Source: a bacterium (lineage in GTDB: Bacteria; UBP6; UBA1177). From it: a stretch of DNA of 64,000 nt. Below, piece after piece: positions 31,097 to 38,571 of this stretch. Numbering within the stretch: the stretch's first letter is position 1; each line of letters starts with the position of its first letter. The stretch spans positions 9,408 through 73,407 of the forward strand of contig JAGCXM010000015.1 in the NCBI GenBank assembly GCA_017961325.1. Direction: 5' to 3'. The position numbers and the translations under genes were made by a program. A model generated the notes under the pieces. The model was not told the origin of the DNA. It made no database searches and saw nothing but the letters and a program-made list of their open reading frames with translations.

Positions 31097-31492
31097 CTAT
31101 CTTACAAAAAACACAAAATGTTCTAAGTCAACGCAGCTTGGACCTTCATCACCTTCAACGAAACCTACTACCCACCTGCAGTCAGGGCGGCAGTTTTCAT
31201 CTGAAGAAGACCAAAAAGTTTTGGAAAGATCCAAACCGATGCAAACTTCTCGAATTTGATACAGATATTTAAGTTCTTCTTTTGTCGGAAGCCGCCAGTC
31301 AGAAAATCCGCCTATCTTAGAATTTTTAGCACACACTTCGGCAGCCTCCCAAGACATTTTGCCGTCGATTTTCGTAATCATTTTGATTTTGCCGATAGCT
31401 TCATTCAGTTCAATGTAATCGCCATGATCTTCAAAAATGTTTTTCACTATAACCTCAATTTGCAAATGAACAAAAAACCGATTTTCGGACAC
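31097..31492 (-). CDS. DUF1566-domain protein (Lcl C-terminal-like), no obvious signal peptide
   Basis: WEAAEVCAKNSKIGGFSDWRLPTKEELKYLYQ is the canonical DUF1566 'WRLPT..EL' motif. Confidence 0.6.
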   Translation of the reverse strand: MSENRFFVHLQIEVIVKNIFEDHGDYIELNEAIGKIKMITKIDGKMSWEAAEVCAKNSKIGGFSDWRLPTKEELKYLYQIREVCIGLDLSKTFWSSSDENCRPDCRWVVGFVEGDEGPSCVDLEHFVFFVR

Positions 31493-31623
31493 CTATTTTT
31501 TTGTGTCCCAAACCTATGGTCAGCATTTTAATCTTAAATTTACTAACAGTCAAGAAAATAATTACTGGTGGTCAAAAATTATTTTCTGTATGTGATATAT
31601 TAAAAAAAGGAGGTGTTTTGAGT

Positions 31624-31956
31624 ATGGATGACAAAACACTTGGCAAACGGGTAAAAGCATTAAGGCGTAAAGCCGGAATAACGCAGCTTGACCTCGCATG
31701 TCGGGTAAATATCAGCGAAAGCTATATCGCGTTGATAGAAGCAGACAAACGAAAACCGGGAATGGATATAATCTCTACTTTGGCAAACGAATTTCATGTC
31801 TCCGTTGACTATCTTTTAAGCGGCAAAATATCAGAAGAAGACAATCTCATGCTCAAAGAATGGACATCTCTTATAAAGGAAAGACCTCAAAAAGATATCG
31901 AAAGCGCACTTAAAATCGTCCGTACTTTTTTTGAATGTGTGGACAGCAAAAAATAA
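31624..31956 (+). CDS. XRE-family helix-turn-helix transcriptional regulator
   Basis: LRRKAGITQLDLACRVNISESYIALIE HTH_3 motif. Start moved to the ATG preceded by AGGAGG (the ORF-track 5' extension lacks an RBS). Confidence 0.7.
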   Translation: MDDKTLGKRVKALRRKAGITQLDLACRVNISESYIALIEADKRKPGMDIISTLANEFHVSVDYLLSGKISEEDNLMLKEWTSLIKERPQKDIESALKIVRTFFECVDSKK

Positions 31957-31994
31957 TTTTCAGAAAGTTTCTCAGGCTAAATTTTATGTTCCGG

Positions 31995-32057
31995 CTCAAC
32001 AAATACCAATACTCATTTTGAGGTCAAAAATTTTGACCACAAAAAACACGTTATTCG
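31995..32057. repeat. Repeat family A, copy 2
   Basis: About 90% identical to 30224-30287 including the palindromic core. Confidence 0.85.
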
Positions 32058-32117
32058 GAAAGGCCTTCCTTTCACAAACTACAAAATCAAGCTGAAAATG
32101 CTTTGAACAGATTGCAG

Positions 32118-32157
32118 ATTTTATACATTTTCGGAATCCGATTCCGAATTTGTATAA
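32118..32157. repeat. Repeat family C, copy 1 (40 nt; contains the palindrome TTCGGAATCCGATTCCGAA)
   Basis: Direct repeat of 33395-33434. The pair flanks the AAA ATPase gene. Confidence 0.8.
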
Positions 32158-32169
32158 AAATTTTGTCTT

Positions 32170-33384
32170 TTAGATTGCGTCAATCGGAATCAAGCTGTTC
32201 ATTCCATCAATAGGCAAGGTTGAACCTGTCATGCAGAGGATACAGCCTTTGCCAGCTTCAAAATTATTTAAATACCTGATTACGCTGAAATTTTTCAACA
32301 CTTCCCTGCCGGGATTTGCTGATTTTTTGATTTCAATCGGGAAAATTTTTCCGTTTTGGACGATAAGCAGATCTATTTCCTTTGAATTGTTGTCGCGATA
32401 GTAGCAAAGACGACTTCTAATGTCTATTCCTTTATTTGCGTAACTTTTTATTATCTCTGAAACGACATAAGTTTCGAACATCGCACCGGACATTGCCGAA
32501 AGTTCAAGTGCCCTCGGGTTGTTCCAAAAACTCAGATAACATGCAAGCCCTGTGTCCATAAAGTAAAGTTTCGGCCGTTTGACAATTCTTTTGACAGTGT
32601 TTGCCGAAAAGGGTGAAAGGAGAACAACTATCCCCGATGAAACAAGAACGGAAAGCCATTTGTCAGCAGTTTTTGAATCGATTCCAATCTCTTTCGAAAT
32701 ATCCGAAAGGTTAAGTTCCTGAGCTGTTCTTGCAGCAGCACACGATATGAATTTCAGGAATTTTTCTTCATCCTTTATGTTTATGAGATCGCGGATATCG
32801 CGCTCCAGATAAGTCTGCATATATGAACCGAAGTAGTCTTCCGGCAAAATTTCCCTGTCTACGGTAAGTTTGGGCATCCCGCCTCTGTAAATTTGCCCGA
32901 AAACTTCCGAAATTGTTCTTTTCTGTTCAAAAAACGGCACGTCATCAGGCAGAAAAGCCTTGGATTCCCTCCCGATTATTTCCGAATAACTCAGCGAAAA
33001 TAAAGAAAAAACTGCGACTCTTCCTGCAAGAGACTCGCTCACGTTCTTCATTGCGTGGAACATCTGGGAACCTGTCAGAAAATACTGTCCTGAAGCATTA
33101 TTTTTATCAACATTTATCTTGATAAAGGGCAGAAGTTCCGGCGCATATTGGATTTCGTCGATTATCAAAGGTGTTTTATACTGCTGGAGAAACAGCTCAG
33201 GGTCGCTCTTTGCAAGCTGTTTTAAAGCGGGATAGTCCAAAGTCACATAGTTTATTCCGCTTCTTTTTTCTGCGAACTCTCTGAGCAGAGTGGTCTTTCC
33301 GGTTTGTCTCGCTCCACAGACCATGATTACCGGGAAATGCTTTGAAAGTTCTTCAATTCTTGAAATTGCTGTCCGTTCGATCAT
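32170..33384 (-). CDS. AAA-family ATPase with C-terminal DUF4143 domain
   Basis: Walker A GARQTGKTTL and Walker B LLIIDEIQ. Typical AAA_14/DUF4143 architecture. Start reassigned to MIERTAIS, preceded by a GGAGGAA RBS. Confidence 0.7.
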   Translation of the reverse strand: MIERTAISRIEELSKHFPVIMVCGARQTGKTTLLREFAEKRSGINYVTLDYPALKQLAKSDPELFLQQYKTPLIIDEIQYAPELLPFIKINVDKNNASGQYFLTGSQMFHAMKNVSESLAGRVAVFSLFSLSYSEIIGRESKAFLPDDVPFFEQKRTISEVFGQIYRGGMPKLTVDREILPEDYFGSYMQTYLERDIRDLINIKDEEKFLKFISCAAARTAQELNLSDISKEIGIDSKTADKWLSVLVSSGIVVLLSPFSANTVKRIVKRPKLYFMDTGLACYLSFWNNPRALELSAMSGAMFETYVVSEIIKSYANKGIDIRSRLCYYRDNNSKEIDLLIVQNGKIFPIEIKKSANPGREVLKNFSVIRYLNNFEAGKGCILCMTGSTLPIDGMNSLIPIDAI

Positions 33385-33394
33385 GCTTCCTCCG

Positions 33395-33434
33395 ATTTTA
33401 TACATTTTCGGAATCCAATTCCGAATTTTTATAA
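33395..33434. repeat. Repeat family C, copy 2
   Basis: ATTTTATACATTTTCGGAATCC(A/G)ATTCCGAATTT(T/G)TATAA, matching 32118-32157. Confidence 0.8.
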
Positions 33435-33546
33435 TATTCAGCTTTTGAGAAAATGACAGAAAAATTTTCTTTTCCAATCTAAACAGGGGAAAATCTGCTG
33501 ATTTTTGAGGCCTGAATACGAAAAATCCAACTTGGAAATTTTTAGT

Positions 33547-33630
33547 TTACCACGGAACCGAGATAAGTCCGGTAAAACCCATGAATGCAAGTGAGAAAAG
33601 ACCTGCTGTGACGAGCGCAGTCGCCTTGCC
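33547..33630 (-). pseudogene. Orphan duplicated 3' terminus of rnfA (encodes ...[27 protein letters not shown])
   Basis: About 80% nt identity to 38572-38660. Translation matches the last 27 aa of RnfA. No upstream ORF continues it. Confidence 0.8.
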
Positions 33631-33728
33631 TCAAAACCATTCCCCGGAAATCCCGTTGCAGGCTTTTCAATAGTTTAAGATCGGATTTTCGACAGATCAT
33701 GCCGTTTAAAGCGGTAAATTTTGTGATT
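33629..33728. repeat. Repeat family B, copy 1 (about 100 nt)
   Basis: About 90% identical to 34599-34699. A partial copy lies at 30289-30317. Confidence 0.85.
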
Positions 33729-33743
33729 TTTGAAAAAAAAGGA

Positions 33744-34037
33744 TCAGCTGTTTTGCGGAAGAAATTCTATTTTGAGTTTCATCCCCATCCCAATAGCCAG
33801 ACGCTGTAAAGTTCTAAGAGACGGATTTGCATTTCCTTTTTCAATTTTGCTGATGTCACCCTGCGCGATTCCGGTGCGCTCTGACAGTTCTTTTTGTGTA
33901 AGCCCTGACTGTTTGCGTGCATCAATGATTGCCTGAATCACGGCGTGTTCCGGCTGAAGCAGCTCGTATTCAGCCTTAAACTCGGGATTTTTCAGCTGTT
34001 CTTTGAGAAAATCATTAAACTTTTCGCCCATTTTCAT
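33744..34037 (-). CDS. higA: HigA-like XRE-family antitoxin
   Basis: HTH (LTQKELSERTGIAQGDISKIEKG). Overlaps and follows a HigB/Gp49-family toxin gene. Confidence 0.7.
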   Translation of the reverse strand: MKMGEKFNDFLKEQLKNPEFKAEYELLQPEHAVIQAIIDARKQSGLTQKELSERTGIAQGDISKIEKGNANPSLRTLQRLAIGMGMKLKIEFLPQNS

Positions 34038-34386
34038 CTCCGTTTCTACGCAAGTAATCGGCTCGGTATCTTTTTGCTTTTTCTATTTCTGCGACAGGAG
34101 TTTTCTGCGTTTTCTTGATAAAACCGTGAGTCAGCACGATCCGCCTGTCAACATAAAAGAAATAGAAAACACGCATTATATTTGTTTCGGCACGGGCTCT
34201 CAATTCAAAAATCCCGTCAGACAGATATTTCGAATAAGGCTCCCGTAAGTCGCAGCCGTTATCCTGCAGTATCGAAATCATGTCCGCCATTTTAGCCCTC
34301 ATTTTTACATCAAGTGACAAAAGAAATTCCTTTGCCGGCTGGCTGCCGTTCTCTTTTTCATAAAACTCGACTTCAAAACTTGTCAC
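34015..34386 (-). CDS. higB: HigB/RelE-superfamily toxin (phage Gp49-like, PF05973-type)
   Basis: 123 aa. Sequence pattern ...FELRARAETNIMRVFYFFYVDRRIVLTHGFIKKTQKTP of the Gp49/HigB family. Toxin-first order with an overlapping HTH antitoxin. Confidence 0.65.
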   Translation of the reverse strand: MTSFEVEFYEKENGSQPAKEFLLSLDVKMRAKMADMISILQDNGCDLREPYSKYLSDGIFELRARAETNIMRVFYFFYVDRRIVLTHGFIKKTQKTPVAEIEKAKRYRADYLRRNGDENGRKV

Positions 34387-34598
34387 AGAACCACTCCAAA
34401 AACTGTTTTATAGGATTTATCCTATTTTGTCAACATTTTTTACTTCAAAATCTCAATTTAATCTCAACAAAGAACAATTAAGATGCATTATTTAAATAAT
34501 CAGAATTTAAAATCAAGTTTTCGATTGTAGCAAGTAGAAAAGTTTAACTTTGCGGCAAACATGAATTTTCGTGAAGTGCAAAAAAGATGCTTTTATCG

Positions 34599-34699
34599 CC
34601 TCAAAACCATTCCCCGGAAATCCCGTTGCAAGCTTTTCCGAGAGTTTAAGATCGGATTTTCGACAAATCATGCCGCTTAAAGCGGTAAGTTTTGTGATT
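34599..34699. repeat. Repeat family B, copy 2
   Basis: CCTCAAAACCATTCCCCGGAAATCCCGTTGCA...CATGCCGCTTAAAGCGGTAAGTTTTGTGATT, matching 33629-33728. Confidence 0.85.
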
Positions 34700-34733
34700 C
34701 TGTGGAAATTTGACGGGTTAAACGACTTTTTGC

Positions 34734-35870
34734 TTACTTTTCTTTAGGCGGATTATCTTTCAAAAATAAAAGACCTTTTGCATCAAGCCTGTCGTCATTG
34801 TCAAACGGAATCCCTGCTTCTTTCTTTTTACGCAGAAGTTCTTGCGTGTAATACGCAAGTACAGATATTTGAATTCTGAAAAGCTCGCACATCGTTTTTT
34901 CACGTGTTGCAATATTGCCTGTATCACGGTAGTTGAAACCGTAACAAGTCGGGCAGATATTCAAAAGAGAACAATCAGCACAGAAAGGATCTGTATTGAC
35001 TTCTTGAGAAGAAAAATCCATCTTTTCTTGTAATTCAGCAGCCTTTTGAGTTCCCAAAACCATTGGAGTGAAAAGATGGCATGGGTAAGTTTTTCCGTCT
35101 ACATCGTAAGTTATCATATGGGTTCCGGTGCCGCACCATTTTTGCTTGGGATTACGCTCAATTGTCAAAAGTCCTATTCTCCTTGCAAACATAGGTATTG
35201 TTTCAACATTTGGATGCTCCAAATAATAATCTGCCAAAATCATTAACTGCTTACGAAATTCTTTTTTATCTTCTTCAGACCAAACTTGACCGTATCCACA
35301 GTTTGCTGAAAAATTCTTAGCCCCCTTTTCTATCAAATAAATGACTCCTGAAGCTAAATTTTTCAATGAGTCAGGAGATATAGTCATCTTAGCTCCTTGT
35401 TCAGGATAAGTTTTAAGGAAAAAATCCAAATCGACTTTACTAGCACAATTTGTTCTGTTCATATCCTGCGATTCCTCAGTTCCATCGTAGCTTATACCAA
35501 CAACAAAACGCTCTTTATGCTTAACTAGCCATTGTTTGATTTCATCAGTAATAAGTGTTCCGTTAGTAGTCGTGAAAAAGATATACGGAACCTCCCATTT
35601 CTGCGACCAAGTCCACTCCATAATCTCTTTCATCAAATCGAACTTTACAAATGGTTCACCGCCCATGAAATCGAACTCAATTTCATCAAAATCCGGCGAG
35701 TTTTTAACAAACTCAAACTCTTTTGTGATAATTTCTTTAGCCAATTCAAGAAGCATATAATGTTCATCTTTATATTTTTCGTAACAATAAACACAATTCA
35801 AATTACAGGAATGAGTTATAACCAAAGTACAACTCCTATGCCTTGACGAACTATTTTTATTTGAACTCAT
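34734..35870 (-). CDS. Radical SAM enzyme with C-terminal SPASM domain (RiPP peptide-modifying maturase candidate)
   Basis: CNLNCVYC radical-SAM motif near the N-terminus. C-terminal Cys clusters WCGTG...C...CADCSLLNICPTCYGFNY typical of the SPASM/twitch auxiliary Fe-S domain. Confidence 0.75.
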   Translation of the reverse strand: MSSNKNSSSRHRSCTLVITHSCNLNCVYCYEKYKDEHYMLLELAKEIITKEFEFVKNSPDFDEIEFDFMGGEPFVKFDLMKEIMEWTWSQKWEVPYIFFTTTNGTLITDEIKQWLVKHKERFVVGISYDGTEESQDMNRTNCASKVDLDFFLKTYPEQGAKMTISPDSLKNLASGVIYLIEKGAKNFSANCGYGQVWSEEDKKEFRKQLMILADYYLEHPNVETIPMFARRIGLLTIERNPKQKWCGTGTHMITYDVDGKTYPCHLFTPMVLGTQKAAELQEKMDFSSQEVNTDPFCADCSLLNICPTCYGFNYRDTGNIATREKTMCELFRIQISVLAYYTQELLRKKKEAGIPFDNDDRLDAKGLLFLKDNPPKEK

Positions 35871-35943
35871 TTACTAACCTCTGAATTTTTACAAAAAGAG
35901 AGAGCCAAAGGTCTCTCAGAAAAAAGTGATTAAACAAACAAAA

Positions 35944-36138
35944 CTAACTCGGATGATTTAAATCCCAAGTATTCGAAAACCTGCAAGAATCTAAACATTC
36001 TCCTTGGCAAGTTCCTGCACAACCACCATAACAATCATCGCAAGCATAGGATTGCTGGTTCCCAACAGATTCATAAGATACCGAACCAGATGAAACAACT
36101 GAGTTCAGCAACTCGACATCGTAATTTACATTACTCAT
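35944..36138 (-). CDS. 64-aa precursor peptide with a six-Cys core (CDDCYGGCAGTCQGECLDSC), ranthipeptide/SCIFF-like
   Basis: Start set at the ATG preceded by a GGAGGG RBS. Leader-like N-terminal half, then a Cx2Cx3Cx3Cx3Cx3C core. Lies 73 nt upstream of the rSAM/SPASM gene on the same strand, with a hairpin in between. Confidence 0.6.
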   Translation of the reverse strand: MSNVNYDVELLNSVVSSGSVSYESVGNQQSYACDDCYGGCAGTCQGECLDSCRFSNTWDLNHPS

Positions 36139-36313
36139 CTTTCCCTCCATGAAAAAAAATTAATAAAACAAAAAAACGGTCTTTTGACCAAGATTACAAA
36201 ACAACAGTATTTCAAAAATTTTCAATTGTCAAATTTATCAATGCTTTTGTATTTTGCAAATACTTTGATATTGCTTTAGTTTACTTTGGTTGAACGAGCT
36301 AAGAGGTGAAATC

Positions 36314-36589
36314 ATGTTCGGAGACAGAGTAAAGCAGGTGCGTGAAGCTCATAATTACAGCCAAGTGCAGCTTGCGGCCATACTTCATGTCTCAAGACAG
36401 ACAGTCTCAAACTGGGAAAACAACAACATAATGCCGTCAATCGAAATGCTCATCAAACTTGCCGACCTGTTCGGTGTTTCAACTGATTTTCTGCTGGAGC
36501 GCGACAACCGCCGCTCTTTGGATATCACCGGTCTGACAGAGATCCAGTGCGCTCACCTTAATCTTATAATTCAGGATATTTTGCAGTAA
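36314..36589 (+). CDS. XRE-family HTH regulator, divergent from the RiPP pair
   Basis: QVQLAAILHVSRQTVSNWENNN HTH motif. Start at the ATG with an AGAGGTGA RBS. Confidence 0.7.
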   Translation: MFGDRVKQVREAHNYSQVQLAAILHVSRQTVSNWENNNIMPSIEMLIKLADLFGVSTDFLLERDNRRSLDITGLTEIQCAHLNLIIQDILQ

Positions 36590-36818
36590 ATTCAGTGACT
36601 TAATCCCGTGACATTCTAATAAGAATTGGGAGGCTGTCGCAAATTGCAACAAACTGCAAGCATACAGAGGCTGAGACTTTGACAAAATCGCTTGATATTA
36701 ACATTAGATCTTTATCAAGAAATAATTTAAAATACAACAATGAGGCATGAAATAAAACTTGATTTTTGGAGAAATTATTGTTTTGTATTTCGCGAAACTT
36801 TTCTTTGGAGTTTGAAAT

Positions 36819-37808
36819 ATGGAAAACGAAGTGATTTTATACACAGATGAAAACGGAAAAACAAATGTTTCTGTGCGTTTTGCCGATGAAGATGTATGGG
36901 TAACACAAGCTCAGCTTGCCGAGATTTACAACACGACACAGCAGAATATCAGCCTGCACATTGATAATATTTACAGAGATGATGAACTGCCGGAAACGGC
37001 AACTCACAAGGATTTCTTGTTAGTTCAAAAAGAAGGCACTCGCAATGTAAAGCGTAATATTTCACATTACAATCTCGATATCATTATTGCTCTCGGCTAT
37101 CGAGTTCAGTCGGATGTTGCAGTGCGCTTCCGCCGTTGGGCGACTCAAAGACTTCACGAGTATATTCAGAAAGGCTTTGTTATGGATGACGAGCGGCTCA
37201 AGCAGGGGCGGAACCGTTATTTTAGGGAACTTCTGCAGAGAATACGCGATATCCGTTCAAGCGAGCGCAATTTTTATCAGCAGGTTACTGATATTTATGC
37301 TACTGCGACAGATTACGATCCGCGCTCGAAAACAACGCTTCATTTTTTCGCAACAGTGCAGAATAAACTTCATTATGCTGTACATGAACATACAGCGGCG
37401 GAATTGATTTATGAGCGGGTTGACAGTGAAAGGCCTTTTGTCGGCATGACAAATTTTAAGGGGGATTATGTTACAAAAGATGATGTGAAAATAGCGAAAA
37501 ACTACCTTTCTGAAGTCGAATTGCAGCGTCTGAATCTTCTCGTTTCGGAATTCTTGGATTTTGCGGAATTTCAGGCACTTGAAGAAAAACCCATGAAAAT
37601 GCAGGATTGGATCAAAGCTCTTGACAATCAGATAATAGCACATCAGCGCAAAATTCTTGAGGGAAAAGGCTCTGTCAGCCACGATCAGGCAATGAGAAAA
37701 GCTGAAAAGGAATACGAACTTTTCCGTAAGAAACAGCTGGCAAATCTTAAAAGTGACTTCGATTTATTTTTGAAAGACGTAAAAAGTCTAGAGAAATCCG
37801 AGAAATAA
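36819..37808 (+). CDS. RhuM-family virulence-associated protein
   Basis: N-terminus ILYTDENGKTNVSVRFADEDVWVTQAQLAEIY and overall about 330 aa match the RhuM family (PF13310). Confidence 0.65.
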   Translation: MENEVILYTDENGKTNVSVRFADEDVWVTQAQLAEIYNTTQQNISLHIDNIYRDDELPETATHKDFLLVQKEGTRNVKRNISHYNLDIIIALGYRVQSDVAVRFRRWATQRLHEYIQKGFVMDDERLKQGRNRYFRELLQRIRDIRSSERNFYQQVTDIYATATDYDPRSKTTLHFFATVQNKLHYAVHEHTAAELIYERVDSERPFVGMTNFKGDYVTKDDVKIAKNYLSEVELQRLNLLVSEFLDFAEFQALEEKPMKMQDWIKALDNQIIAHQRKILEGKGSVSHDQAMRKAEKEYELFRKKQLANLKSDFDLFLKDVKSLEKSEK

Positions 37809-37952
37809 CCTGCCTCAACCAGTTATCAAGTCGGCCAACCCATGAATGCAGGTGCGTGAGGCACATAATTACAGTCAGGTGCGACTTGCAACTCGGCTCC
37901 ATGTTTCCAAACAGGCAGTCTCGAACTGGGAAAACAACAACATTATGCCGTC
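37803..37952. pseudogene. Junction remnant: a degenerate third copy of the rnfA 3' terminus (37803-37848) joined to a truncated duplicate of the XRE gene from 36334-36441 (37849-37952)
   Basis: ...AAGTCGGCCAACCCATGAATGCA matches the rnfA-end repeat. It is followed immediately by an approximately 85%-identical copy of the HTH gene, starting internally at ...VREAHNYSQV. Confidence 0.7.
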
Positions 37953-37967
37953 AATCGAAGTCGGAAG

Positions 37968-38495
37968 TCAGATCAAAAGCATCGAACATCCGCCGGATTT
38001 GCCTTCATCCCCAGCGCCGTCGGAAGTGTTGTCGTCAGCTGCATCGACCTCCGGATAATCGGAGTCGTCGGTTTCCCAGCCTTCGACAGGTTCGGTTCCG
38101 CACTCTTCCGCCAAGACCGATCCGCATCCGTTTTCGCTGAAAGTGCCGGTTCCGGTCTTTAGATCTCCGACTCCGTAACACCTGCAGGCATAGTTGCCGC
38201 CGTATGCTACTGTACACTTGCCGGCCTCATTCCGACAACGGATCCGCGTATTTTTGCAGAGCTTTTCGATCTTCGCCATGCAAATTTCATTGCTAAGCGA
38301 AGTCGTTTCAGGCTGGACATTTTCATCGGAAACATATCCTTCGCCGTCCCGGCATTCACACTCCGAACGGATCAATCCGTCAGTCAGCGTAAGAGAGCAC
38401 TTTCCGAGTTCCGATTCACACGAAATACTTTTCTCTTCCGCAAAAAGAGCCGTTGCAACAGCAAAGACGGCAGCTAAAACAACTATCTTTTTCAT
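37968..38495 (-). CDS. Secreted Cys-rich protein with an acidic C-terminal tail; function unknown
   Basis: Signal peptide MKKIVVLAAVFAVATALFA. About 14 Cys in CxC/CxxC-like spacing. D/E-rich C-terminus. Good start context. Confidence 0.55.
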   Translation of the reverse strand: MKKIVVLAAVFAVATALFAEEKSISCESELGKCSLTLTDGLIRSECECRDGEGYVSDENVQPETTSLSNEICMAKIEKLCKNTRIRCRNEAGKCTVAYGGNYACRCYGVGDLKTGTGTFSENGCGSVLAEECGTEPVEGWETDDSDYPEVDAADDNTSDGAGDEGKSGGCSMLLI

Positions 38496-38571
38496 ATAAC
38501 CTCCTGACTCAATTACAGCTTTTGTTTCTGTGGGTTAAAGCCTGAAGATATTTTTAGACTTGTTGCTGATT

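Larger units (their letters stand above)
33547..38571. mobile_element. Candidate integrated element(s), probably two in tandem, inserted at the 3' end of rnfA and bounded by direct repeats of the rnfA terminus
   Basis: Three direct copies of the rnfA 3' end (38572-38660 intact; 37803-37848 degenerate; 33547-33630) share the core CCCATGAATGC. Cargo is TA, RiPP, RhuM and HTH genes. No integrase ORF found. Confidence 0.5.

Noticed and set aside
31501-31623. 5' extension of the XRE regulator ORF
   Set aside because: It has no RBS. The conserved HTH protein starts at the ATG preceded by AGGAGG.
33629-33728. Integron attC interpretation of repeat B
   Set aside because: I could not identify convincing R''/R' (RYYYAAC/GTTRRRY) core pairs or an intI gene in the window. 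It is kept only as a generic cassette-boundary hypothesis.
30224-34699. Possibility that the repeat families constitute a CRISPR array
   Set aside because: The spacing is kilobase-scale and irregular, the repeats belong to three unrelated families, and the 'spacers' contain full genes. This is not CRISPR architecture. No cas genes are present.
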